This document shows positions 55,786 to 64,000 of a stretch of DNA of 64,000 nt, piece by piece. The stretch's first letter is position 1. The number at the start of each line of letters is the position of its first letter. Source of the DNA: a virus; the IMG/VR virus record IMGVR_UViG_3300036859_000309, positions 4,814-68,813 of that record; one strand, written 5' to 3'. The position numbers and the translations under genes were made by a program. The notes under the pieces were generated by a model. That model made no database searches. It was not told the DNA's origin and was given only the letters and a program-made list of their open reading frames with translations.

Positions 55786-56861
55786 ACCTGTTACCGGACT
55801 CCATCGACTTCGACTCCTACTTCAAGGCCCAGGACCCGATCCCGGCCAAGGTCAAGCGTGCGAGCGCGTGGCTCGATGCCGTCATCGATCGCTTTCACGG
55901 CAACGCGGGCCCGAGCACATGGCAATCCACCGGCTTCGGGAAGATGAACGGCTTCTTCGATCTGCGCCCAGGCGAGGTGACGCTTTGGGCTGGCGTGAAC
56001 GGGCACGGCAAGACCACATGCCTGTCGCACGTGATGCTGAACGTCATGCGCAAGAAGGGGAGGGTCTGCCTCGCATCGCTGGAGATGCCGCCATCGGCGT
56101 CGATGGCGAAGATGGCGCGCCAGGGCTCAGGACAGGAGGTCCCTGCGGAACAGTTCCTGCGCGACTTCCACGCGTGGACTGATGACCGCCTGTGGATTTA
56201 CGACCACGTCGGCAAGGTGAAGGCCGAGCGCATGCTGGCAGTCGCGACCTACGTTCGCAAGGAACTCGGCGTTCAGCACCTGGTAATCGACAGCCTGATG
56301 AAGTGCGGGCTCGGGTCCGACGACTACAACGGGCAGAAGGACTTCGTCGACAGCCTTTGCGCGATCGCGCGGGACACTGGCCTGCACATCCACCTCGTGG
56401 TGCACATGCGCAAGGGCGAGACCGAGCACAAGCCAGCCGACAAGTTCGACGTCAAGGGCGCCGGCGAGATCACCGACTTGGTGGACAACCTCCTGATCGT
56501 CTGGAAGGACCAGCGGAAGGCTGACCAGATCGAGCAGGCCGAGGCGGCGATCGCGAAGACCAACGATGACAAGCGTCTCGGCGACAAGGATCGCGCGCAG
56601 ACGCTGGAGACACAGCGCAAGGCGCTCAGCGATCTGCGCGGCAAACCCGACGCACTGGTGCGCATCGCCAAGCAGCGGCACTTCGAATACGAGGGCAAGT
56701 TCGTCTTCTGGTTCCACCCGGCCTCGCAGCAGTACCTCGAGCGGCCGTACGGCAAAGCCGACTACCTCGACTCCGACGAGCTGCACGGCACGGAAAGAGC
56801 CGCGACTTCGCGGTCGCCCCTGTTCGACGATGAAGCGGCATACGAGGGGTTCGGTGCATGA
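55782..56861 (+). CDS. DnaB/T7 gp4-like replicative helicase
   Basis: GEVTLWAGVNGHGKT, SLEM, VIDSL, HIHLVVH, KGAGEITD. Confidence 0.9.
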   Translation: MNLLPDSIDFDSYFKAQDPIPAKVKRASAWLDAVIDRFHGNAGPSTWQSTGFGKMNGFFDLRPGEVTLWAGVNGHGKTTCLSHVMLNVMRKKGRVCLASLEMPPSASMAKMARQGSGQEVPAEQFLRDFHAWTDDRLWIYDHVGKVKAERMLAVATYVRKELGVQHLVIDSLMKCGLGSDDYNGQKDFVDSLCAIARDTGLHIHLVVHMRKGETEHKPADKFDVKGAGEITDLVDNLLIVWKDQRKADQIEQAEAAIAKTNDDKRLGDKDRAQTLETQRKALSDLRGKPDALVRIAKQRHFEYEGKFVFWFHPASQQYLERPYGKADYLDSDELHGTERAATSRSPLFDDEAAYEGFGA

Positions 56862-57450
56862 AAAGCAAACCCACGAGCCAGGTGCGCGTAGCGCGCGGCG
56901 GCAAGAGCTCAGGAGGAGACCTGTAGTGCAAACCATTGAAGAAATCCGTGCCGCTTGCGAGATCGACGAAGACGGCCACTGGATCTGGACCGGCGCCGTG
57001 CAGAACGGCATGCCGAAGATCTGGGCACCTGACTTCACGAACCTGAATGGAGCGCTGACTTCGCAACTCGGCCGGCGCGCGGTATGGCATATCGTGAAGC
57101 GCCAGGCGATCCCGAAGCGCTGGCGCGTCTACAGCACCTGCAACATCTCGCGCTGCCTCAACCCTCAGTGCTTGGCCTGCGGTCCGACCTCGGAGTGGGG
57201 GCAGCACCGTGCGGATTCTGATGTCCTGAAGGGCAACGTCCGAGTGGTCATTGCCGGACGCCTCACCGGCCGCTCACGATCGGTGCTTTCCGCTGATCTG
57301 ATCGAGCGCATTCAGCTGTCGCCGGAGACCGGCCGCGCGCTTGCCGCTGCGCTGGACATCTCCACTACGACCGTCAGCCGCGCGCGCCGTGGGCAGACAC
57401 CGGCGTTCCAGCCGATCGGGGGGTTCACCGCGCTCGGAGGTCGGCAATGA
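56858..57450 (+). CDS. Degenerate His-Me finger (HNH-like) protein with C-terminal HTH
   Basis: HWIWTGA...CNISRCLNP..L; ALAAALDISTTTVSR. Confidence 0.55.
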
Positions 57451-57932
57451 TCGCCTTCACCATCTACGGCGAGCCGGCCAGCAAGGCCAACAGCCGGGAG
57501 CTCGTGACGATCGGCCCGAAGGACGCGCGCCGGACGCTGTTCCGGAAGTCAGATAAGGCCCTCGGCTACGAGCGCGACGCCTTGCGCCAGATCCCGCCGG
57601 CTGCGCGCCAACAGCTCAAGGGGCCCGTCGCCGTCACGATGCGAATCTTCTACGCCACCGAGCGCCCCGACCTCGACGAGTCGCTGATCCTGGACATCCT
57701 GCAGGACCGCTTCAAGACGACAACGGTGGGCGACACGAAGCGGCGCGACCTCGTGCAGCGCGGCGTCTATTGCAACGACCGCCAGGTGCGCGAGAAGCAC
57801 ATCTTCCACGGCATCGACCGGCTGCGGCCGCGCACGGAGATCGAGGTCCGGCCGGTGCAGGCATCGCTGCTCGAGGCCGCTGCTCCGGCGCCAGCGCCTG
57901 CGGCTGCAATCCCCGAGGGACTTCCGTTCTAG
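57447..57932 (+). CDS. RusA-like Holliday junction resolvase
   Basis: GEPASKAN...PDLD..ILD...NDRQV. Confidence 0.8.
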   Translation: MIAFTIYGEPASKANSRELVTIGPKDARRTLFRKSDKALGYERDALRQIPPAARQQLKGPVAVTMRIFYATERPDLDESLILDILQDRFKTTTVGDTKRRDLVQRGVYCNDRQVREKHIFHGIDRLRPRTEIEVRPVQASLLEAAAPAPAPAAAIPEGLPF

Positions 57933-57937
57933 TCGCC

Positions 57938-58435
57938 ATGAAACTCGCTGATCGCATCATCGCGCGCGCCACGCGCCGGCCCCCAGACTTCATCATCGGC
58001 GGCGCCGACGATCCCTACCTGCTGCGCTGGTGGTTGATCCCGCGCAACCGGGTTTTCAACATCTACGTGCATCGGTTTCTCCGCAGCGACGATGATCGCG
58101 CGCTCCACGACCACCCGTGGCTCTTCAACCTGAGCTGGCTGCTATGCAACCGGTACCGCGAATGGTTCCTCAGCACCAGCGTGCCGGGCGGCCCGCGCGA
58201 GTCCGTCGTCCGCAGTGCAGGGGATGTGAAGTTTCGCTGGGGCCCGGCGCCGCACCGCGTCGAGCTGTTTCGCGAGGCGACGCTGAAGGGCGAACCGATC
58301 CCCTGTTGGACGCTGTTCGTCACGGGCCCGCGCGTGCGCGAATGGGGCTTCCTGTGTCCAAAAGGTTGGATGCACTGGAAGAAGTTCACGGCGGCCGATG
58401 ATGCCGGCGCGATCGGCAAGGGATGCGACGCATGA
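57938..58435 (+). CDS. Hypothetical cupin-like phage protein
   Basis: YVH.FLRSDDDRALHDHPW...HRVEL...WTLF.TGP..REWGF. Confidence 0.75.
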   Translation: MKLADRIIARATRRPPDFIIGGADDPYLLRWWLIPRNRVFNIYVHRFLRSDDDRALHDHPWLFNLSWLLCNRYREWFLSTSVPGGPRESVVRSAGDVKFRWGPAPHRVELFREATLKGEPIPCWTLFVTGPRVREWGFLCPKGWMHWKKFTAADDAGAIGKGCDA

Positions 58436-59268
58436 GCGCGCCTCTAGAACTGGGGCAACTCGACCTTGCGGCTAAGCCTGAGGCCGCGCTGCCGGGGGCC
58501 AAGCCGGTGAAGGTCAGCGTGACCACGCGCGACATCAATGCGCACATGCAATCGACCTACACCGAGGCGCAGGGCTATGCCTGCCTCTTCGAGGTCGCCA
58601 ACGGGACTGGCAGCAACGCCAACCGCTCGGCGGACATCGTCCTGATGAATCTCTGGCCCAGCCGCGGCATGGACCTGAACGGCTACGAGGTGAAGACCGC
58701 GCGGTCCGACTGGCTGCGCGAGCTTAAGCAGCCCGAGAAGGCCTGGCCCGTAATGCAGTACATGGACCGGTGGTTCCTACTCGCTGCGCCTGGCGTTGCG
58801 AAGCTTGACGAGATCCCATCAAACTGGGGCTTCCAGGAGTTCGACGGAAAGCGCGTGCGAACGCTGAAGCCGGCCCCTAAGCTGGAGCCGAAGCCCATCA
58901 CGAAGACCTTCCTGGGGTCACTGCTGCGCCGGCAAGTCCGAGACGCTGACGCGATTGTGACGAGGGCGCTCAGGGAGAAGGAGCGCGAACTCGACGCCAT
59001 CGTGGAAGCAAAGGTCGCGCAACGCCTGCGGTCCTCGCGCGATGAGGGCCAGGATCTCCGCGACAAGCTGACAACGATCCGTGACAAGACAGGCATCGAC
59101 CTGCTCGGCTGGCAGGCGACTGACACCCAAGTGCACGCCCTCAAGTTCGCGCTGCTGAACGACCCGATGGCATCGTGGAGCGGGCTGCCCGGCGCCATCA
59201 GCGAAGTCGAGCGCGCGCTGAAGCGGCTCCAGGAAGTCAAGGCGGCCGTGGAGGGGACCGCGCCGTGA
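58432..59268 (+). CDS. MmcB-like PD-(D/E)XK nuclease-domain protein
   Basis: R.AD....LWPSRG..GYEVKTARSDWLREL..PEK. Confidence 0.7.
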   Translation: MSAPLELGQLDLAAKPEAALPGAKPVKVSVTTRDINAHMQSTYTEAQGYACLFEVANGTGSNANRSADIVLMNLWPSRGMDLNGYEVKTARSDWLRELKQPEKAWPVMQYMDRWFLLAAPGVAKLDEIPSNWGFQEFDGKRVRTLKPAPKLEPKPITKTFLGSLLRRQVRDADAIVTRALREKERELDAIVEAKVAQRLRSSRDEGQDLRDKLTTIRDKTGIDLLGWQATDTQVHALKFALLNDPMASWSGLPGAISEVERALKRLQEVKAAVEGTAP

Positions 59269-59443
59269 TCTGCGCTCGCTGCAACCGCGTCCTGCTCCGA
59301 CCGCCGGTCATGCGTGGCGGCATGCCGTTTGGCCCCAAGTGCGCCGCCGCGGTTGGTGGAAAGCAGAAGCGCTCGAAGCTCTTCACCGCGCGGGCGCCGA
59401 AAGTGGACAGCCGGCAGGCCGACCTGTTCTCGGAGGCTCGGCC

Positions 59444-59902
59444 GTGACGACCCGCAGCGTCCTTGTCGCCAACCCGCGCCAGGCCCATGAGGCGCTGACG
59501 GAGCTATTCAAGCAGGAGATCAAGCCGCACACCGCCAAGGGCGCCTCGGGCCTTCTCACCTGGGAGACGGTGAACAGGCACCAGCGCCACCAGCTGCGCA
59601 AGCTCTTCCACGGTCCCGTCCTGCGCGACATAGCCGAGCAGGTCTGGCTGCGCGACCCGGTGACCGGCTGCCGCGTCCGGTATCACCCGCTGATCTGGAA
59701 GCGCTACTTCGCCGAGCTCTTCATCGAGCCGACCTTCGAGGAATACACGGTCCGGGCCACGGGTGAGGTGAAGGTGCGGCAGCGCCGGCGCAGCACGGAA
59801 GAGCTCAGCGACGACCAATTCGCCGAGTTCATCACGCAGGTTCAGGCATTCGCTGTCGTCGATCTGGGCGTCGAGTTCACCGAGCAGGAAGCAGAGCAAT
59901 GA
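59444..59902 (+). CDS. NinB-like protein
   Basis: LRDIAEQV...WK..F...STEELS..QF.EFI..V.AF...LGVEF. Confidence 0.7.
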   Translation: MTTRSVLVANPRQAHEALTELFKQEIKPHTAKGASGLLTWETVNRHQRHQLRKLFHGPVLRDIAEQVWLRDPVTGCRVRYHPLIWKRYFAELFIEPTFEEYTVRATGEVKVRQRRRSTEELSDDQFAEFITQVQAFAVVDLGVEFTEQEAEQ

Positions 59903-60138
59903 ACCAACTGGAGGAAACCACCATGTCCGAAGAGAGATTTGCGATCGCATCGTTTGACCACCCCAAGAACATCCGAATCGGCAACGGTCGGATACTGTGG
60001 GCGAAGGCCTGCACGTGCACAGCCGGCATCCACCACCCGGAGGGCTGGATTTTGCCCGGTGGTGAGCGGACGCAGGACAGCGCGAGGGCGCACGCGGCGG
60101 CCCTGACGATCGACGAGCTCAGCGGGGCGGCTTCGTGA
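59899..60138 (+). CDS. Hypothetical protein
   Basis: GWILPGG motif; coupled. Confidence 0.6.
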   Translation: MNQLEETTMSEERFAIASFDHPKNIRIGNGRILWAKACTCTAGIHHPEGWILPGGERTQDSARAHAAALTIDELSGAAS

Positions 60139-60677
60139 CCCTGCGCCGCACCGCCTTCGGCCGCTACGCCATCGTCAGGAAGCCTCCGACGGCCATGGCG
60201 CTGGCGCGCCGCGTCGGACTTGGCCTCGAGGTGCGTCAGCCGAGCACCGCGGTGATGGCCGACTGCGCCGCGGCCGCGCCTTCGCAGCCCAAGACCGAGC
60301 CGCAGCGGAGCCCGTACCTCCTCGCGATGGCGAAGGGTCAAAGCTGCGTCCTGCGAATCGAGGACGTCTGCAACCGCGATCCGGCCACGGTCGTTGCGGC
60401 TCACTCGAACCTGAGCATCCACGGCAAGGGCGGCGCGCGTAAGGCTGACGACCAGTACCACGTCTACGCCTGCTCGGCCTGCCATCGGTGGCTTGACCAG
60501 GGCCCGGCACCGGCTGCGATCAAGGAATGCGCCTTCATGGCGGCGCATCTATGGATGGTGGACATTTGGCGCGGCATCGTCGCCGAACCGAGCCAGCCGG
60601 CCAAGGACCGTGCCGCCGCGCAGTGGGCGCTGGATCGCCTCAATGCATCGCCCGTCGGCCTGGAGTCGTCACTGTGA
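60135..60677 (+). CDS. DUF1364/YbcO-like nuclease-domain protein
   Basis: CVLRI..VC....TVVAAHSN...HGKG...KADD....ACSACH..LD. Confidence 0.82.
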   Translation: MTLRRTAFGRYAIVRKPPTAMALARRVGLGLEVRQPSTAVMADCAAAAPSQPKTEPQRSPYLLAMAKGQSCVLRIEDVCNRDPATVVAAHSNLSIHGKGGARKADDQYHVYACSACHRWLDQGPAPAAIKECAFMAAHLWMVDIWRGIVAEPSQPAKDRAAAQWALDRLNASPVGLESSL

Positions 60678-60873
60678 CCGCCTCCGACGATCTGCGCGCG
60701 CTTGCGGCGGACTTCACGAGCCAGCTGCGCGACGAACTGCGCGCTGCGCTCGATGCCAGACCTCGCATCCCGGCGCAGCGCGTGCACGCCGCCGCGCTCG
60801 TCTTCAGCAACCGTACCGGCGACCTGCACCTGGTCCCCGTGCTCGCCTTCGACTTCTACCCCAAGGAAACATC

Positions 60874-61740
60874 ATGAGCCGACTCACCGACAACGACATG
60901 AAGCTTGGTCCCTTGACGATCGGACGCACCGGCCCGACCTTTCGCTCCGCTGTGGGCATCACCATCGCTTCGCGCGACGACCACTACGAAGCGCGTTGCC
61001 ACCTCTCTGGATACCTGTTCGGCTGGGCATGGCGCATCTGGCTGCCGGAAATCATCCCGCCGTTGCGCGTCAAGCACAGTGCGAGCACCTGGGACGCTGC
61101 CACAGTTGCTCGCATGGGCCGCGACTGGTACGAAGAGATCTTCCCGCGCGAGTACGGCTTCCGGCTCAGCGACGGCTTCCTGCAGGTGTTCCTCGGCGCC
61201 CAGACACACGACAGCGTCACGACGCAGAGTTGGTGCAAGTTCCTGCCGTGGACGCAATGGCACTTTCATCGCCATAGCTACCACGGGCTAGACGGTGAGC
61301 TGCTGCGCCAATGGGTTGAGCCGCGCGGGCGCACTCCCGGATGGGATCGCTACTGGGAGCAAAGGGCGTTCAAAGAAACGATGCCCAAAGTGGATTTCCT
61401 GATCGAGGATTACGACGGCCAGTCCATCACCGCGACGACCCACATCGAAGAGCGCGAGTGGACCTTCGGAGAGGGCTGGTTCCAGTGGCTACGCTTCTTC
61501 CGTCGGAACAAGGTGCACCGGTCGCTTTCCATCGAATTCGACAAGGAAGTCGGCCCCGAGAAGGGTTCGTGGAAAGGCGGCACGCTGGGCACGGGCATCG
61601 AGATGCTGCCGGGCGAGTTGCACGAACAGGCCTTCAGGCGCTTCTGCGAGCAGGACCAGCGCTCGAAGTACCGAGACTTCCGAATGAAGTTCGTCGGCCC
61701 GCGCCACGCTACCAAGGAGAACGAAAAGGAGGTGGCGTGA
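60874..61740 (+). CDS. Hypothetical Trp-rich phage protein
   Basis: AAGGA RBS; KGSWKGG motif. Confidence 0.75.
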   Translation: MSRLTDNDMKLGPLTIGRTGPTFRSAVGITIASRDDHYEARCHLSGYLFGWAWRIWLPEIIPPLRVKHSASTWDAATVARMGRDWYEEIFPREYGFRLSDGFLQVFLGAQTHDSVTTQSWCKFLPWTQWHFHRHSYHGLDGELLRQWVEPRGRTPGWDRYWEQRAFKETMPKVDFLIEDYDGQSITATTHIEEREWTFGEGWFQWLRFFRRNKVHRSLSIEFDKEVGPEKGSWKGGTLGTGIEMLPGELHEQAFRRFCEQDQRSKYRDFRMKFVGPRHATKENEKEVA

Positions 61741-61945
61741 TGCCCCCCTTGCGCCAGCGTTTCGCCTTGACCGGATTGGCTCGCCCACGGCCCGGCTTCA
61801 GGGGGCGGCAGATTCTGCAGGTTCAGATGCGCTGCGACTACTACCGGATGCCCAACTGCGACCAGGTGCTCAGCAGCTCGTTCATCTGGGTCGACGCTAC
61901 CTGGGAGCACATGCAGGCGCTCCCTGGATTCAGGATTGGACAACC

Positions 61946-62215
61946 ATGACGCCCGAGCAGAAAGTCCGCCTGAAAGAGCTGCTCCCCCCCATGCTCGACA
62001 ACGCCCGCCGCACCCGCAACGCGGAAGAGCAGCGCCGCCGCTTCGTGATGCACGCCAGCATCAAGGAGGCCATGGAAGGCAAATCCCTGCTGCGCACGCC
62101 CGAAGAGTGCATCGCCATCGCCGAGCGCGACGCCGCCGGCTGGGAGGTTGACCGCCCCATCCCGATGACCATGGCGCAGATGCTCAGCGGCAAGCCGCCG
62201 GAGTCCTTCCTGTGA
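61946..62215 (+). CDS. Hypothetical protein
   Basis: Coupled ORF. Confidence 0.6.
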   Translation: MTPEQKVRLKELLPPMLDNARRTRNAEEQRRRFVMHASIKEAMEGKSLLRTPEECIAIAERDAAGWEVDRPIPMTMAQMLSGKPPESFL

Positions 62216-62793
62216 GCGGCCTCATCGTTGGGATCTCGGCGGCGCGCTACTACTGCGCCGAGGTGGCGACGGGCCTGATGGACTTCCGCAAGATCCTCGG
62301 GCCGTTCGATTCGCCCGAAGCTGCGATCGACAACTCGGTTCTCATCATGGATGCCCTGCAGGATGAGGATCGGAAGGCCCGGCACGGCTGGCATGGTCAC
62401 ACGCCGGCAGATCAAGGCCGCGGCGATGTCGGTACGTTCTGGGCCTGTGGCGTCTCTGGCGCGCCCGATGCCGCGGCTCTCTGCTATGTAGGAGGCCCGC
62501 ATCGGAGCCCTGCCGAGGCCTGGGCTGACCTGATCGAAGAGGACATTTGCGGCGCCAGCCTGCCGGAGCCGATGTGGGACATCCAAGCGAACTTCGTCGG
62601 GCAGGTCGTCGGCGTCGTCGACACGATGCTCGACGGCTCGCCGCGCATCGTGGTGATCGAGCGCTCGCACTGGTTCCCGCGGCAGCCGATCAAGGGCACT
62701 TACAGCATCACCAGCTGGAACGGCGACGGCCTGCAGGTTGAGATGACCTGGACCATCACCCAGATCAAGCGCAACCGTATCAAGGAGGACTGA
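62212..62793 (+). CDS. Hypothetical protein
   Basis: Coupled ORF. Confidence 0.6.
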   Translation: MSGLIVGISAARYYCAEVATGLMDFRKILGPFDSPEAAIDNSVLIMDALQDEDRKARHGWHGHTPADQGRGDVGTFWACGVSGAPDAAALCYVGGPHRSPAEAWADLIEEDICGASLPEPMWDIQANFVGQVVGVVDTMLDGSPRIVVIERSHWFPRQPIKGTYSITSWNGDGLQVEMTWTITQIKRNRIKED

Positions 62794-63647
62794 TGTTGAT
62801 CGACGAAGAGAAGCGCACCGTAGAGGAGGCCTACACCTCCGCCATGACAACCTCCAACCTCCGCGTCGAGGCCGATCGGCCTGGCGACGGCGACGTCATC
62901 ATCGCCGCCGGCTGGAATCAGGTGCGCATCGGCGGCGCGCTGCTGCGCCTGCACACCGAATTCGACGCCAGCGAGAAGCTGCGTTTGGCCACCGGCGAGC
63001 AGTTCCTACCGGGCGGCAAGACGACGAAAGAGCAGCGCGCCGCGGCCGCTAAGCAGGCTTTCGCCTTCAACCTGCACGAGACCGGGCTGCTGCTGGGCAA
63101 GCTGAAGGCGTTGCCGGACGTCCGGACGGTGGCCACCCTGCAGGCGCTCAAGTGGGGATTTGGCCATTCCCAGGATCCCGTCTCGCGCTCAGAGCGCTCG
63201 GAGGCCCGCGAGCACGACGCGCAGCTGCTGAAGCGCCTCAGTGAGGCCGTTGCCAAGGCAGCGGAGGACCCGGCTGCCCTGGCAGAGGCCAATGCCGAGC
63301 TCGCGCACTGGACGGAGAAGGTCGATGCCCGGCGCGCGGCCGAACAGGCGCAGGACCTCGACCGTGCCCGCGAGAAGGTGGTCGCCGTCATCCGCTGGTG
63401 GCTGTCTCAGCGCTGCCCGTCCTGCTCGGGCCGCAAATTCCAGAAGGTCGAGGGCACGAACAGGCTCAGTGCGAAGATCTGCCAGTCCTGCGGCGGTACA
63501 GGCCTGCGCGAGGTGCCGCATCAGCAAGAAGGCCGGCGGTTGGCCTGCTGGTTCGATCAGTGCGTGGAGCGCGCGCGCGCTTCCATCCAGAGTCGGCTCC
63601 GTCCGGCGCGCGCTGCCACTATTGACAAGCCGTCACATCTGACATAA
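62793..63647 (+). CDS. Q-like late antiterminator
   Basis: Last early gene; CPSCSGR...CQSCGGTG Zn finger; followed by promoter and terminator. Confidence 0.75.
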   Translation: MLIDEEKRTVEEAYTSAMTTSNLRVEADRPGDGDVIIAAGWNQVRIGGALLRLHTEFDASEKLRLATGEQFLPGGKTTKEQRAAAAKQAFAFNLHETGLLLGKLKALPDVRTVATLQALKWGFGHSQDPVSRSERSEAREHDAQLLKRLSEAVAKAAEDPAALAEANAELAHWTEKVDARRAAEQAQDLDRAREKVVAVIRWWLSQRCPSCSGRKFQKVEGTNRLSAKICQSCGGTGLREVPHQQEGRRLACWFDQCVERARASIQSRLRPARAATIDKPSHLT

Positions 63648-63648
63648 T
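63622..63648 (+). promoter_or_regulatory. Late promoter (PR'-like)
   Basis: TTGACA at 63622 and extended -10 TGaCATAAT; the spacer is only 15 nt. Confidence 0.55.
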
Positions 63649-63768
63649 CGCGACCCAGGGATTGCGCAGGCTGCTGAGCCTGCTGCGCCCAGAATCTCTG
63701 CCGAACACCTGCCGGAAATGCCCGTAGCGCCGGCCGCCACCCTCGACGGGGAAGGTGTCTCTGCAGCA

Positions 63769-63790
63769 AGCCGCCATCGAGGCGGCTTTT
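63769..63790 (+). terminator. tR'-like terminator
   Basis: AGCCGCC-ATCGA-GGCGGCT + TTT. Confidence 0.75.
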
Positions 63791-63798
63791 CCATTTCT

Positions 63799-63877
63799 GG
63801 TGGCGAATGCACCTTCGACATGGTGCCTGAGGCTTGCAATGTGAGAGAGCCGGAGCAGTCGCCGGCCGCCACCGCCA
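63799..63877 (+). ncRNA. tRNA-like/c4-like structured RNA ending in CCA
   Basis: GGTGGCG/CGCCACC stem + G-CCA; GCACC/GGTGC and GCCGG/CCGGC hairpins. Confidence 0.5.
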
Positions 63878-63881
63878 ATTT

Positions 63882-63972
63882 TGTGATGTAGCTCAGTAGG
63901 TGGAGCGCCCCGAGGGCCCATATGGATTGCAAGATTCACGGGGCGGACGTGCCTACCTCCGGCACCTCTCGT
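63882..63972 (+). ncRNA. Degenerate tRNA-like element
   Basis: TAGCTCAGTAGGTGGAGC D-arm, CGCCCCG/CGGGGCG arm with large loop, GTGCC-7nt-GGCAC T-like arm; acceptor stem broken. Confidence 0.4.
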
Positions 63973-64000
63973 CTGCGATGCGCCAAGTGCAACGTGGCTT

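Larger units (their letters stand above)
1..64000. mobile_element. Temperate siphovirus-like phage genome (HK97-type head, lambdoid regulation), apparently in excised/attP-joined form
   Basis: Continuous phage modules (head, tail, lysis, integrase, early, immunity, replication, Q) with no host housekeeping genes; integrase is flanked by phage genes on both sides. Confidence 0.95.

Overview
The whole 64 kb window is a GC-rich temperate siphovirus-type (HK97/lambdoid) phage genome, probably of a betaproteobacterial host (inference). It is nearly complete: only the terminase and the start of the capsid gene fall outside the window. Order: end of major capsid, portal, collagen-like protein, head-tail genes, major tail protein, five-gene glycosyltransferase/methyltransferase block, frameshifted tail chaperones, tape measure, GTA-like tail tip and fibre, lysis cassette, a moron region (large Pro-rich protein, type IVa pilin with its own sigma-54 promoter, lipoprotein, HTH, truncated DNA ligase), a joined attP-like site (tRNA 3' end) and integrase. 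A long leftward early operon follows (frameshifted C5 methylase, vWA + divergent adenylosuccinate synthetase pair, exonuclease/annealing pair, antisense tRNA-Arg), then the cI/cro switch with four 19-bp operators, a helicase-methylase fusion, replication genes with iterons, a nin-like region, a Q-like antiterminator and a late promoter followed by tRNA-like RNAs. The most notable candidates are (i) a virion-glycosylation module inside the structural operon, (ii) a phage-borne regulated pilin and (iii) a vWA/PurA-like pair with a rewired substrate loop. All product calls come from motif recognition by eye; no database searches were run.
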